Below are positions 19,264-29,376 of a DNA stretch of 64,000 bases, piece by piece (position 1 is the stretch's first letter; each line of letters opens with the position of its first letter). Source of the stretch: Candidatus Amesbacteria bacterium (GTDB lineage Bacteria > Patescibacteriota > Microgenomatia > CAZETR01 > Amesbacteraceae). A program made the translations under genes and the position numbers. The stretch lies in NCBI GenBank assembly GCA_963736875.1, contig CAVTQH010000002.1, positions 69,294-133,293 of the forward strand, read 5' to 3'. A model generated the notes under the pieces. That model had not been told where the DNA came from, searched no databases, and was given only the letters and a program-made list of their open reading frames with translations.

Positions 19264-20076
19264 CTACCCGGTTCGGGCCCCAATTTTAAAAATATGATAA
19301 TTGATGGATTGGATGTGCATCACCGGCGGCAACACCCCTCTTAGGTAGCAAAAAGTTACCGCTGAAGGTAAGGGAAATGGGGTATTATGTCCTTTATCCC
19401 ACCACACCATAAGTTTTCCCAGCCGGTGACGAAATTGATCAACATCCCAGGAAAACGGCTTTTTAATTTTTCGTTCCCCGGAAATATATCTTGGCCTGAA
19501 AGGTACTTTTATTTCCAACACCCCCCAGGATTGCTTATTCTCTAAATAATCCAGTAAATCCATCTCTTCCCCGGGATACTTAGTCGGCACTAATATTCCG
19601 TCAAACTGTCCGGCGATAATTCCGCCAAACTTGTATTCTACATTGGGTATAAGTTTTCCCGGCAGAAACAAGGCTGAATTATCGGATTTCCCCCTTGGTT
19701 GAAAAGTTGGCGTCACGGTTTCTCTTGCCAAAACCAGAGCCGTATTTACAAGATATTCAGTTTTACTGTTAATCACGTCATAATTTGAAGCTGCCCGTTC
19801 AAACGAGGCAACTAACTCAGTCTGCCGGCTTGACCCCCTTAGTAATACCTGGCGTCTTGACCCGAATCTTTTGATCAAGTCTTTCAGGAAAGCTCCGGCA
19901 AAGCCGCCAGCGTGTTTAGGCTGCACCAGCTCTCTGATACTCTCAAGCTCGGCCGTGAAGGCGATGTTCTTTGTCCTCTCCCGTTCCACCCTCCGCCCAG
20001 AAAGAATACTCCGTCGGCTCACTTTTATCCCCAAAAAAAAGAGGCCAACTACATTCACTGCTTCCGCTGTAATCAC
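19264..20076 (-). CDS. Hypothetical protein with possible PD-(D/E)xK nuclease motif; no ATG in the first ~200 codons (possible GTG start or pseudogene)
   Basis: 270-aa ORF. C-terminal region PGEEMDLLDYLENKQSWGVLEIKVP fits a D…(D/E)xK nuclease core. No family recognised. Embedded in the gene-poor island. Confidence 0.3.
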   Translation of the reverse strand: MITAEAVNVVGLFFLGIKVSRRSILSGRRVERERTKNIAFTAELESIRELVQPKHAGGFAGAFLKDLIKRFGSRRQVLLRGSSRQTELVASFERAASNYDVINSKTEYLVNTALVLARETVTPTFQPRGKSDNSALFLPGKLIPNVEYKFGGIIAGQFDGILVPTKYPGEEMDLLDYLENKQSWGVLEIKVPFRPRYISGERKIKKPFSWDVDQFRHRLGKLMVWWDKGHNTPFPLPSAVTFCYLRGVLPPVMHIQSINYHIFKIGARTG

Positions 20077-20589
20077 AATATTTCCATTCCTGGTAAAACC
20101 TCATTCTTAGGTGAGGTCAGAATTCATCTGCCCCCTCCCGAGAATATCGCTGATTTTAAGAACATTCCTCCCACCCGTCGTCTGGTTTCAGAAACAGTCA
20201 TGGAGTTGTCAGAAGTCTTTCTCGCTCACTCTCCTGTTGCCCAGGATTATTAACGTCGGCGGGGATTTGATTGTCAAACCTCCAAGATAGTCATCATCCT
20301 GGAAATTATTGATTTCCTGGTTGAATTAGTAGATGACCAGATTTACCACAAATCCGGAACCGATTCCTCTGCGATTTCCAACATTTCAGCCGTATTCAAG
20401 GTTTTGTTATCTTGTTTTAACATCCCTTTTAATAAGTTCATATGCGTTTTTTATCTCCTGCTTTGATTCCGGTTCAATTTTCAAATCCCCGACCAGATTT
20501 TTAATACTTTATCCTCACATAATTTCCCCAATTCCCCGGCAAAATTGGTTTCTTCCATTTCCTGCCGGCCTCTGCCTGGAAAGGATTCG

Positions 20590-20953
20590 GGAAATGGTTT
20601 TTACCATCAGGGTTGAGCCCGGCCAGAAAGTGTCGATCGGACTCTTGCTATGGGCGGCATAATCCCGCATTCTAGTTCCGTTTCTTAAGTTCTTGGGAGT
20701 CAGACGGGTTATTCTTGGCACTGATTTTGACGATCCCGGTCAGGAAGCCTCGAATAAAATAACCAAATTACTATCCAGGTCCGGGTTTACCTGTTCAACC
20801 ATAAATCATATTTTGCAATCAATTATTCCCAATCTTACCGAAATCACCGGTAACCCTCCCGATAAAATCAAAGATATCAATGAGCTACTTACACAAGGTT
20901 TCCCTCTTGACAGAAAAACGGTCACTTATTTGGTATACATACTGGCAGTCTGA
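20590..20953 (+). pseudogene. Toprim-domain (primase-like) gene fragment, frameshifted
   Basis: ORF 20693..20953 has the Toprim DxD motif (VILGTDFDDPGQEASNKITKLL) and a C-terminal KDINELL motif as seen in plasmid/phage primase Toprim domains. A candidate upstream acidic motif (TIRVEPGQKVSIGL) lies in another frame (20333..20662). No N-terminal zinc-finger or primase catalytic part is present. Confidence 0.35.
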
Positions 20954-20968
20954 TTAAAAGAATGCTAA
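20942..20968. promoter_or_regulatory. Degenerate CIRCE-like inverted repeat upstream of groES
   Basis: CTGGCAGTC-N9-GAATGCTAA versus the CIRCE consensus TTAGCACTC-N9-GAGTGCTAA (6/9 and 8/9 matches). Lies directly before groES. Confidence 0.35.
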
Positions 20969-20969
20969 A

Positions 20970-21296
20970 ATGACCTCTCATATGAAGAAAAGTACCGGTT
21001 TACTGTCCAAAATCAAGCCTACCTCCGGCTGTGTTCTTATCGAACCTGAGGAAGCTACCAAACAGACTTCATCCGGTATTTATCTCCCCGATTCAGCCGC
21101 AGGCGACAAACCCCAGCAGGGCAGGGTTTTGGCCGTCGGCCCCGACGAGATCACCGAGAAGGGGACCGCCCGCAAATCTCCCGCCAAAGCCGGAGACAAG
21201 GTAATTTATAAAAAATGGGGAGGCAATGAAGTCAAGATTGACAACAAGGAATATCTTTTTGTTAAATTCGAAGACATTTTAGCCGTTATTATATGA
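20970..21296 (+). CDS. groES: Co-chaperonin GroES
   Basis: IKPTSGCVLIEPEE...SGIYLPDSAAGDKPQQGRVLAVGPD...AGDKVIYKKWGGNEVKIDNKEYLFVKFEDILAVI. N-terminus is about 10 aa longer than usual; ATGs at both 20970 and 20982 are possible starts. Confidence 0.85.
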   Translation: MTSHMKKSTGLLSKIKPTSGCVLIEPEEATKQTSSGIYLPDSAAGDKPQQGRVLAVGPDEITEKGTARKSPAKAGDKVIYKKWGGNEVKIDNKEYLFVKFEDILAVII

Positions 21297-22928
21297 GTGC
21301 CAAACAACTTAAATTCGGAGACGATGCCCGCCAGAGCTCTGGTTCACGGGGTCAATACCCTGGCCAAGGCTGTGATTATTACTCTGGGTCCCAAAGGCCG
21401 CAATGTCGCCCTGGACAAAAAGTGGGGTGCCCCGAACGTGGTTCATGACGGAGTCTCCGTAGCCAAGGAAATTGATCTGGAGGACAAGTTTGCCAATATG
21501 GGAGCGCAGCTGGTCAAACAAGCCGCTGAAAAGACCAACGACGCCGCCGGGGACGGGACTACGACCGCCACAGCCCTGGCCGCCGCCATTGTCAATCAGG
21601 GCATGAAGAATATCACCGCCGGGGGTAACCCCATGGCCATCAAGCGCGGTCTGGACAAGGGTGTGGAGGCAGTGGTTGCAGAAATTAAAAAATTAAGTAA
21701 ACCTTTAAAGACCCAGGAAGAAATTGCCCAGGTCGCAACTATTTCTGCCGGTGATGAAGAAATCGGTAAAAAAATTGCCGAAGCTCTGGAAAAAGTCGGC
21801 CGTGACGGAGTGGTTACGGTGGAAGAAGGTAAAGGTCTGACCATCGATATCGAATATAAAGACGGTATGGAGTTTGACAAGGGATATGCTTCTCCCTACT
21901 TTGTGACGATTCCTGAAAAAATGGAAGCCGAAATCGAATCTCCTTATATTTTGATCACCGACAAAAAAATCACCTCCATTCAGGATCTTCTGCCATTTTT
22001 GGAAAACTTCATCAAAGTCAGCAAAAACCTGGTAATTATTGCCGACGACCTGGAAGGTGAAGCTTTGGCCACGCTCGTTGTCAACAAACTGCGCGGATCT
22101 TTTTCCGTCCTGGCCGTCAAAGCGCCCGGTTTCGGTGATCGCCGCAAGGCCATGTTGGAGGATATTGCCATTCTGACCGGCGGTACTGTTATCTCCGAGG
22201 ATACCGGCCGCACTTTTGAAGGCGTAAAAATCGAAGACTTGGGTCGGGCGGATAAAGTTTGGGCTGACAAGGACAACTGCCGTCTCATCGGCGGCAAGGG
22301 TGATTCGAAAACTATCCAGGCCCGGATTAAACAGCTGAAAGACGAGATTTCTCGTACAACTTCCGATTTTGACCGGGAAAAACTGGAAGAGCGGTTGGCC
22401 AAGCTTGCCGGCGGGGTAGCCGTCATCAATGTCGGAGCGGCTACGGAAGTCGAGTTAAATGATAAAAAGGAGCGGGTTAAAGATGCCGTCGGTGCTACCA
22501 AAGCCGCGGTCGAGGAGGGGATTGTCCCGGGTGGTGAAGTCACTCTGATCCGGGCAGCCAAGGCCTTAAGTGCCCTGAAATTGGACAACGAGGAAAAAAT
22601 CGGCCTTGATATTTTGAAATTTGCTCTTGAGCAACCATTCCGCTGGCTTCTCAAAAACGCCAGCCTCGACGACGGTTACTTTCTCAAATTAGTTCTGGAA
22701 TCCAAAGATAACGACTTTGGTGTTAACGTGGCTACGGGCCAAACCGGTTCCATGTATAAATTCGGCATCATCGATCCGGCCAAAGTTGCCCGTTCGGCAA
22801 TCCAAAATGCCGCTTCGGTCGGTACCATGATTATGACCACGGAAAGCCTGATCACTGAACTTCCGGAAAAGAAAGAAGCTGTTCCCGGCCCCAATCCCGG
22901 CATGGGCGGTATGGGCGAAGACTACTAA
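21293..22928 (+). CDS. groEL: Chaperonin GroEL (60 kDa), with a 1-nt frameshift at about codon 14 (near 21333)
   Basis: The ATG at 21293 (ATGA overlap with the groES stop) reads [13 protein letters not shown] in one frame; the rest of GroEL ([24 protein letters not shown]…[12 protein letters not shown]…MGGMGEDY) is in the +1 frame. The track ORF 21297..22928 starts from a GTG. Alternatively translation could start at the internal ATG ([10 protein letters not shown]…). Confidence 0.85.
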
Positions 22929-23658
22929 ACTTCATGGCTGTCAAAGGCTGGTTTGATCTTACCCCAGAAGAACGAAAAGCAGTTCTCCTTCATCTCCACC
23001 ACCGTGACATTGGAGAACAACGCCTTACTCTGTCTGTCTTACCAGTTTATTAACCCGCTTCAAACTTCTGGATGATCCGGAAATCCGCCAGCACTTTAAA
23101 GAAGAAAAAATCCCCCTTCCGCCACTGTTACCAGAGAAACTCAGCGCTAAAAAAATTCTTCTGTTTTATTGGCCGCAAACCCGCTTCTTGACCTCCTCTG
23201 CTAAACTCATCATCATGATCGAGTCAAAATCAGACTCTGTTCAGTTGGTAGCCATTTCTTCACTTTTTCCGGATTTTGACTCGGTCAGGAATTTTACCCC
23301 TAGGTTAGTTAAAACCAACAATCTGCTTACCATAGGAGACTCTGTCTCGACAGGCCGTGATTTTCTGGCCCAGCCCCAACGACAATGCGCCTTATTGGCT
23401 CGCTATTCAACATGGCCTTGCTCTGCGTCGGGGCGGATTTGGACCGGACGAAGAAAAACTCAAAGCCCAAAACTCCGAAATCTTCAGAAATTATGCAATT
23501 GCTTGGTTGGGAAGTCTGGATCTGAAAAACACTGAAATTCAAGTCACTCATTATGGAACCGGTATTCGGGTTTCTCCCGCCGAGGATCCCTCCCTTGGCC
23601 TAAGCTTCACTAATGTTGGAGGAAAATCATCAAGTTTTCCGCGGTAGGGTTACAGCTT

Positions 23659-24345
23659 TTAGTTCAACCCCAAAATCGACGCGGGATTAATTGGTTTTCC
23701 GTTCTGATGGATCTCCAGGTGCAGGTGCGGTCCTGTGGACCGGCCGGTTGAGCCGGACAGCCCGATTATGGTTCCTGTATTGACTTCTTGTCCTGCAAAG
23801 ACATTAATTTTGGATAAATGGGCATACAGGCTCTCAAACTCCGGCCCATGGGAAACGACAATCATACTTCCGTACCCAAACCAGTTTTTTTCCGTCTTGA
23901 TTACTCTTCCGCTCATTACCGGCCGGACCGGAGTCCCGATCGGAGTGGATAAGTCGATTCCGGCGTGCATTAGCCAAAATCCCTGAGTCACAAACATTTG
24001 CGGCAGGGGATTAACCACTGTTTCCCGGGTAGTCAGCGGTGTTTCTTTTTCAGGCATCACCAAAGCCGGGTTTCCGCCGGCATCACTGGCCAAAGACGGA
24101 AAAGGTCCGAATATGGCCAAAATTGTTACTCCCAGTACCAGATTTAATCCGACCAGCCGTAAAAAATGCCGGTGGCCGGTAATCAGCCGAAAGATAAAAC
24201 TGACCGGGTGGCTGTTTCCGCAGGCTGCGGCAAAACTAACCAGCTTCCAGGCCAATTCCTTTACTGATAGGGGAGTACCGCGATTACCTAAAAGCGGCTC
24301 GGCCTTTTTCATTATCCAATCTTTCCAATTTTGTTGCATAAGCAA
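23659..24345 (-). CDS. M23 family metallopeptidase (LytM-like) with N-terminal TM anchor
   Basis: HAGIDLSTPIGTPVRPVMSGRV...GLSGSTGRSTGPHLHLEIHQNGKPINP, i.e. the HxxxD and HxH M23 motifs. Confidence 0.8.
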   Translation of the reverse strand: MLMQQNWKDWIMKKAEPLLGNRGTPLSVKELAWKLVSFAAACGNSHPVSFIFRLITGHRHFLRLVGLNLVLGVTILAIFGPFPSLASDAGGNPALVMPEKETPLTTRETVVNPLPQMFVTQGFWLMHAGIDLSTPIGTPVRPVMSGRVIKTEKNWFGYGSMIVVSHGPEFESLYAHLSKINVFAGQEVNTGTIIGLSGSTGRSTGPHLHLEIHQNGKPINPASILGLN

Positions 24346-24501
24346 AAAAAATCTCCTGCGTTCACAGAAGATATACAGAAGAGTATATAAGAAAAATCAG
24401 CCCAAGTCAACCTAAACCGAAGAAAAACCGAATGATTATTATCCTCTCCCCCGTTCGGGTTATATTCGGAAGACAGGAAGGGGAGTCCCAATTAAATTTT
24501 G

Positions 24502-24574
24502 AGGCCGGAGCGGGATTCGCACCCGCGTATACCTGTTTTGCAGACAGGCGTGTTAGCTACTTCACCATCCGGCC
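24502..24574 (-). tRNA. tRNA-Cys (anticodon GCA)
   Basis: Minus-strand 73-nt cloverleaf. Acceptor stem GGCCGGA/TCCGGCC, anticodon stem CCTGT/ACAGG with loop CTGCAAA (GCA), T-stem GCGGG/CCCGC with T-loop TGCGAAT. No encoded CCA. Confidence 0.75.
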
Positions 24575-24613
24575 GGCACGTGAATTATAGCAATTCTGTG
24601 GTATATTACGCTT

Positions 24614-25513
24614 GTGAGATCCAAAAAGCTTCTTCCCTTGGCCGTTATTTTTGCCTGTCTGGGTGCCGTTGCCGGTCTGATTACCGTCCGCCTTTTCCAT
24701 GTCCAGAAACCGACCGCAGGTCTCAAAATTGAAACTACCCCGCCTTCCCTGGTTTTTATCAACAATGTTCAGGTTGGCCGGACCCCTCTGGACCAAATGT
24801 TTAATCCTGGTGAAACTACCGTCAAGTTAATTCCCGAATCTACTTCACTTGATTTGTCCGCATATCAAACTAAAATCCAGCTTACGGATAAAGTTTATAC
24901 CGTTATCCGGCGGGAATTCGGTTTTCCGGAAGCCCAATCTTCCGGAGAGACTATTACCCTCATCCCCCAATCGGGCAAGACAGCTTCCTTAAGCGTGATT
25001 ACCTCCGACCCGGATGCGGCTTCCGTGATGATCGACAATGAGCCTCAGGGATTTTCTCCTTTGGCTATCGACAACGTCACTCCCTCCGACCACCAAATCG
25101 AAATTAGCGCCCCCGGTTATCAAACCCGGAATTTTTCGGCCAGAGCCATCGGTGGTTATCAGCTGTCAATAAACGTAAAACTGGCCGCTAAAAACCAGGT
25201 TATTCCTTCCATTCCTCCGGCCTTGATTTCAGAAACTCCGGTTGCCACTTCCTCCGCTCCCGCTACCCCGTCTCCCAGTCTTAAAGCAACACCCGCCATC
25301 ACCAAGCCATATGTCAAAATTTCCTCCACACCTACAGGTTTTCTGCGTGTCCGGACGGGTCCGTCAAAAACCGCCGACGAGGTGGGACAGGTAAAACCCG
25401 GTGAAAACTATCCTCTAATGGATTCCGTCTCCGGTTGGTATCAGATTAAAATCGCTCTTCCGGCCACATCTTCCGGCTGGATTTCTGCCGACTACGCCCA
25501 GGCTTTCAAATAA
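24614..25513 (+). CDS. PEGA-domain and SH3b-domain membrane-anchored protein
   Basis: GTG start. N-terminal TM. Two PEGA-like repeats (VFINNVQVGRTPL; VMIDNEPQGFSPLAIDNV). C-terminal bacterial SH3 domain (GFLRVRTGPSKTADEVGQVKPGENYPLMDSVSGWYQIKI). Confidence 0.65.
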   Translation: MRSKKLLPLAVIFACLGAVAGLITVRLFHVQKPTAGLKIETTPPSLVFINNVQVGRTPLDQMFNPGETTVKLIPESTSLDLSAYQTKIQLTDKVYTVIRREFGFPEAQSSGETITLIPQSGKTASLSVITSDPDAASVMIDNEPQGFSPLAIDNVTPSDHQIEISAPGYQTRNFSARAIGGYQLSINVKLAAKNQVIPSIPPALISETPVATSSAPATPSPSLKATPAITKPYVKISSTPTGFLRVRTGPSKTADEVGQVKPGENYPLMDSVSGWYQIKIALPATSSGWISADYAQAFK

Positions 25514-25515
25514 TT

Positions 25516-26469
25516 CTAAAACCACGAACCGTAAAGTACTCCGATTACAATCAACCCCCACGTAACCACAGACAACAAAAGCGGACCATCGGACAAAATG
25601 ACTCTTTCCGGCGATTCAGCCCTGGATCCGTCATAAATGATTCTCAAATATCTCATTATTCCGAAAATTACCACCGGAATCGTGGCCATCAGCCACTTAT
25701 TAATCGTCAGGGTTCTGGAAACCAGCGGTAACGCTGTCTGCGGCCCTATCACACTTGCCTGGTCATAAAAATTAAAAGTAAATAATGCCCAGGACAGAAA
25801 CGCTGCAGTGGAAAACATCGAAAGGTATGCATCCAGAATGTCCGCGCTGTACTTCCCCATAACTTTCCGGTGCAACACCGCCACTGCTTGCTCATGCAAT
25901 ATTGCCAGCTCTGCCCTCCTTTTCCCCACCGCCAGAAATAATGATGTCGAAATCACGCAGAGTAAAAACCAGATGGAAAGATGAGCGTTAATTACAATCG
26001 CTCCCGCAAAAACCCTTAAAAAGAATCCCAGAGCCACTATAAACACATCCGCAACTTCAATATTTTTCAGCCACAATGAATACATCACCTGTAATAACCA
26101 ATATCCGAAAACTGCCACAAAGAATAACGGGGACAGTCGGTATGCCCAACCCAAACCCGAAAAGCTTCCCAAGGCAAATACACCCAAAGCTAAAGCCATG
26201 GAAATTTTACCTGATGCAATTGGTCTCTTTTTTTTAAAAGGATGTGCCTGATCTGCCTTAATATCCACCACATCGTTCAGAAAATATATTGCCGACGCAA
26301 TCACAGAAAATATTGCCACCGCTTCAGTCACCTTCCAGAAGTCTTTTACCCAAATGTTATAGGCAAAAATATTTCCAGTAAAAACCAGAGCTCCGTACAG
26401 GGTTAAATTTTTTAACCACTGTCTCGGTCTGGCTGTTTTGAGTAAATCGACCAGTTTTGTAGCCACCAT
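25516..26469 (-). CDS. UbiA-family prenyltransferase (decaprenyl-phosphate phosphoribosyltransferase-like)
   Basis: N-terminal RPRQWLKNLTLYGALVF, Asp-rich motif FLNDVVDIKADQAHPFKKKRPIASG, eight or more TM helices. Start taken at MVATKL (26469); the ORF-track start at 26571 overlaps the upstream gene. Confidence 0.7.
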   Translation of the reverse strand: MVATKLVDLLKTARPRQWLKNLTLYGALVFTGNIFAYNIWVKDFWKVTEAVAIFSVIASAIYFLNDVVDIKADQAHPFKKKRPIASGKISMALALGVFALGSFSGLGWAYRLSPLFFVAVFGYWLLQVMYSLWLKNIEVADVFIVALGFFLRVFAGAIVINAHLSIWFLLCVISTSLFLAVGKRRAELAILHEQAVAVLHRKVMGKYSADILDAYLSMFSTAAFLSWALFTFNFYDQASVIGPQTALPLVSRTLTINKWLMATIPVVIFGIMRYLRIIYDGSRAESPERVILSDGPLLLSVVTWGLIVIGVLYGSWF

Positions 26470-27515
26470 ATAATTCCTGCCGATACCAACACAACTGTGG
26501 CCATTGTAAAGTACTTGGCCGTAGCTTTCAATTGCAGCGCCAAAACAGCCAATCCCACAGACATCCCCCAATAGAACACAGCAATGCGGCGTTTACCCCA
26601 CCCCCTGTCTAAAAGTAAATGATGCAGGTGTTCATGTCCTCCCCACACCGGAGATCTTCCTTCTCTGATTCTTTTGAAAATTACCAAAACTGCATCAATA
26701 AACGGAATAGCTAAAACCAGAAGCATTGCCCCCACCTTCGCACCGGAAAGGATAGCCAGAAGTCCCAGCAAAAAGCCTGCCAGGCTCTTACCGCCGTATC
26801 CCGGCATAATTTTTTGCGGATACCAATTCCAGGGAAGAAACCCGGCGTAAGCTCCCGCAATTAATCCCGCCAGTACCACCACTTCTATTTGCGAACTGTC
26901 CCCGCCGGATCTTAGGCCTAAAATTGCAATCGCCACCGCTGCCACAATTACAAAACCCGGCAACTGCCCGTCTACACCACTGCTCCACCCCACAATGTTT
27001 TGCATCCACACGAGCCATATTAGGGCAAACAAATCAGACAGCCACCAAATGCAATGCCGGCTTCCCCACCACCAGAAACAGACTTTGGGAGAATCAAGCT
27101 CCAAAACTCCCCCCAACGGATTGGTTATATAAACAATTCCAATTCCCACACCGATTACACATAAAGCTGCCAGAATATTTATCACCAGTCTTAAGTAAGG
27201 AGATATGGCCTCTTCATATCTGTCATCCAGAAAGCCGATTGCCGCCAGTATGGAGGCGGCCGCAATTATTCCCGCGGTTCTGGTGTCCCAAGGTAAAAAC
27301 AGCAGGCTTCCCGTAACTAAAGCCGCAAATATCGGAATTCCGCCTCCCCTGGGTACCGGATGCTCGTGGACGACCTTGGGGTGCTTGTGTTTTTTGGGAT
27401 CGTCGATAATTTTTAGTCTTTTTCCACCGGCAATTACCACCCCCGATACCACAAATGCTATTCCGGCTGCGACTGCGGCCGGTTGCCAAAAAAATTGCCA
27501 GGCGGGATTTGTCAT
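26412..27515 (-). CDS. Polyprenyl-phosphate sugar-1-phosphate transferase, MraY/WecA family (GT4 superfamily)
   Basis: Polytopic protein with IIDDPKKHKHPKVVHEHPVPRGGGIPIF...GFLDD and HEHLHH motifs characteristic of the MraY/WecA/WbpL family. Confidence 0.7.
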   Translation of the reverse strand: MTNPAWQFFWQPAAVAAGIAFVVSGVVIAGGKRLKIIDDPKKHKHPKVVHEHPVPRGGGIPIFAALVTGSLLFLPWDTRTAGIIAAASILAAIGFLDDRYEEAISPYLRLVINILAALCVIGVGIGIVYITNPLGGVLELDSPKVCFWWWGSRHCIWWLSDLFALIWLVWMQNIVGWSSGVDGQLPGFVIVAAVAIAILGLRSGGDSSQIEVVVLAGLIAGAYAGFLPWNWYPQKIMPGYGGKSLAGFLLGLLAILSGAKVGAMLLVLAIPFIDAVLVIFKRIREGRSPVWGGHEHLHHLLLDRGWGKRRIAVFYWGMSVGLAVLALQLKATAKYFTMATVVLVSAGIIWWLQNWSIYSKQPDRDSG

Positions 27516-27516
27516 C

Positions 27517-27867
27517 TTATGTCACAATCAGAACTATTCTTAAAACTGCCAACAATAAAATTACTTCGGATATTATCCCCGCCGCTACTAATATTGCCGC
27601 CAAAACTTTTTCTGAATTTAGCCTTCTGGCTGAAAAAGTAGCAAAAATTGCTACAACAACGGCGATTAATAACGGCCACCATAAACCTGGTGTGCCGGTA
27701 AGCTGTTCTTCCCCCCAGGGACGGCTGTAAAAAAGGGGAAGCTGTACCGGCAGATTTCTCCCAAATACCACCCAAATACCAATTCCGATAGCCACCAGCA
27801 TGGCGGTCACAGTCCACTGCCAACGTATCAATTTTTCCACAATCCCTCCCCAATCAATTTTTTCCAC
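27517..27867 (-). CDS. Small polytopic membrane protein, hypothetical
   Basis: 116 aa with three predicted TM helices, tightly packed between the MraY-like and GT39 genes. Confidence 0.4.
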   Translation of the reverse strand: MEKIDWGGIVEKLIRWQWTVTAMLVAIGIGIWVVFGRNLPVQLPLFYSRPWGEEQLTGTPGLWWPLLIAVVVAIFATFSARRLNSEKVLAAILVAAGIISEVILLLAVLRIVLIVT

Positions 27868-27885
27868 AAATTGATTATAGTACCT

Positions 27886-29344
27886 TTAATTATATTTCCC
27901 GCCCAGAATGGACAATCTGTATATTTTTGCCTGACCGATACTATTTTGGAGTTTGTAATAATTAGACAACCAGCTGGAAAATCCCGGCAGTTGATCATCT
28001 TCACCGAAGCTTACTACATATTTTGGAGGTTCTTTTGTCAGTAACTGCATGGTAGCTCTCTCACCCCCAAAATCTTTTATATGATACCTGGCTATATATT
28101 TTCCGGCTGACCTTCTTTTGGCCAGGGCGTAAATTACCGGCTGGTCCCCCCAGATAAATAATTTATCATCCGGCCTGCTTCCGCCGGCGACTATAGACGC
28201 TATTTCATAGTTGTTATTCACCTGATTGTCAAACCAGGCAAAATACTCACCTGTCGTTTTTTGCCGGCCTGCCCATTTAATAAAATTTTCATAATATCCG
28301 ATTACCGGATATCCGTAAAATTTAAATATCAAAGCGGCTCCTACAAAACCGAGTATTACTACCGCACCGATAATTTTTTCTGTTCTCTTTCCCCACCCCA
28401 GAAGCCACCAGCTGACAGCCAAAGCACCTGCTCCCTGAAGCATATAATGCGGATACGGCCGGCCGGACATCAGGGAAGCAAACAGGGTAATGATTCCCCA
28501 TAGTCCGACGATTGTTCCTCTTATCCCGATCCGCCGGGTCAGCCCCAGGACGGGAACCAAAAGTATGCAGGCAATGGCCACTCTTCCCTTTAGGGAGAAA
28601 ATTCCAGCTCCTCCGCTGGCAATTTTCCAGGACGATAAATAGGGTAAATTCTGAGCCCAGGCAGCTATCAGATATTCCTTACCCGCACCAGCCAGCCAAT
28701 AGTAAATTGCACTGATTGCGACAGGGGTGGCTATCCCCAGACTCAACACCAGAGTTTTTTTCCACCACTCCTTGTCTTCATAAATAAGCCAGATAACCGG
28801 CCAAATCCCGGCTTCCAGAATAGCCGGCATCTTAAACAAAGCTCCGCATCCCAATACCAGTCCTGCCACAAAAGCTTTTTTTAAATCTGCCTTTTTCCCC
28901 CAGAGTATATATAAAGCCAGGATGGTCGGCAGCAGAAAAAACAGTTCAGCGTTGGCAATATTTCCTTCAAGCTTGGGCCAGGCGGTCAAGAAATGCAAAA
29001 CCCAGCGTGATCAGCCAACCGGTTTTTTTTGTCGCTCCGATTTTCCCCATCAACTTATAAAACACCCCGATTGTTGCCAGATTCCAGATTGTCGCCAGAA
29101 ATTTAAACCAAAATTGGTTTCCCCCGGCCAGTGCCGCCATGAAATATAGAAGCGGCGGTTTATTGTCATGAATCTGGCTGTACAAATGCACCCCCCGTCT
29201 CAATGCCTGTCCGATGGTCAGGTATATTCCCTCGTCACCATACCAGTACGGCTCAAACCAGCTTGGGATTCTCAGTAAAACTGTTACTCCTAAAATTATC
29301 AGCAGCAACGCATGTTTATGTACCCAAAAAGCAATCTTTTTCAT
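27886..29344 (-). CDS. GT-C glycosyltransferase, family 39/83 (PMT/ArnT-like), with one frameshift near 28985
   Basis: N-terminal piece 28967..29344 has the family loop motif YWYGDEGIYLTIGQAL...IHDNKPPLLYF. The remaining roughly 370-aa polytopic region is in the adjacent frame (27886..28998); the junction reads …LITLGFAF|LTAWPKLEG…. Confidence 0.7.
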
Positions 29345-29376
29345 TTAACTTTTTCTCTCGTGTAACGCAGAGAAGG

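Noticed and set aside
21309-22903. Four ORFs inside groEL (21309..21521, 21596..21880, 21980..22654, 22676..22903)
   Set aside because: These are antisense shadow ORFs within a highly conserved, GC-richer coding region; A/S/P/R-rich translations are typical of antisense artefacts.
24499-24796. ORFs 24499..24732 (+) and 24557..24796 (-) from the six-frame track
   Set aside because: They overlap the tRNA-Cys gene and the start of the PEGA/SH3b gene and have no protein-like features; they are spurious.
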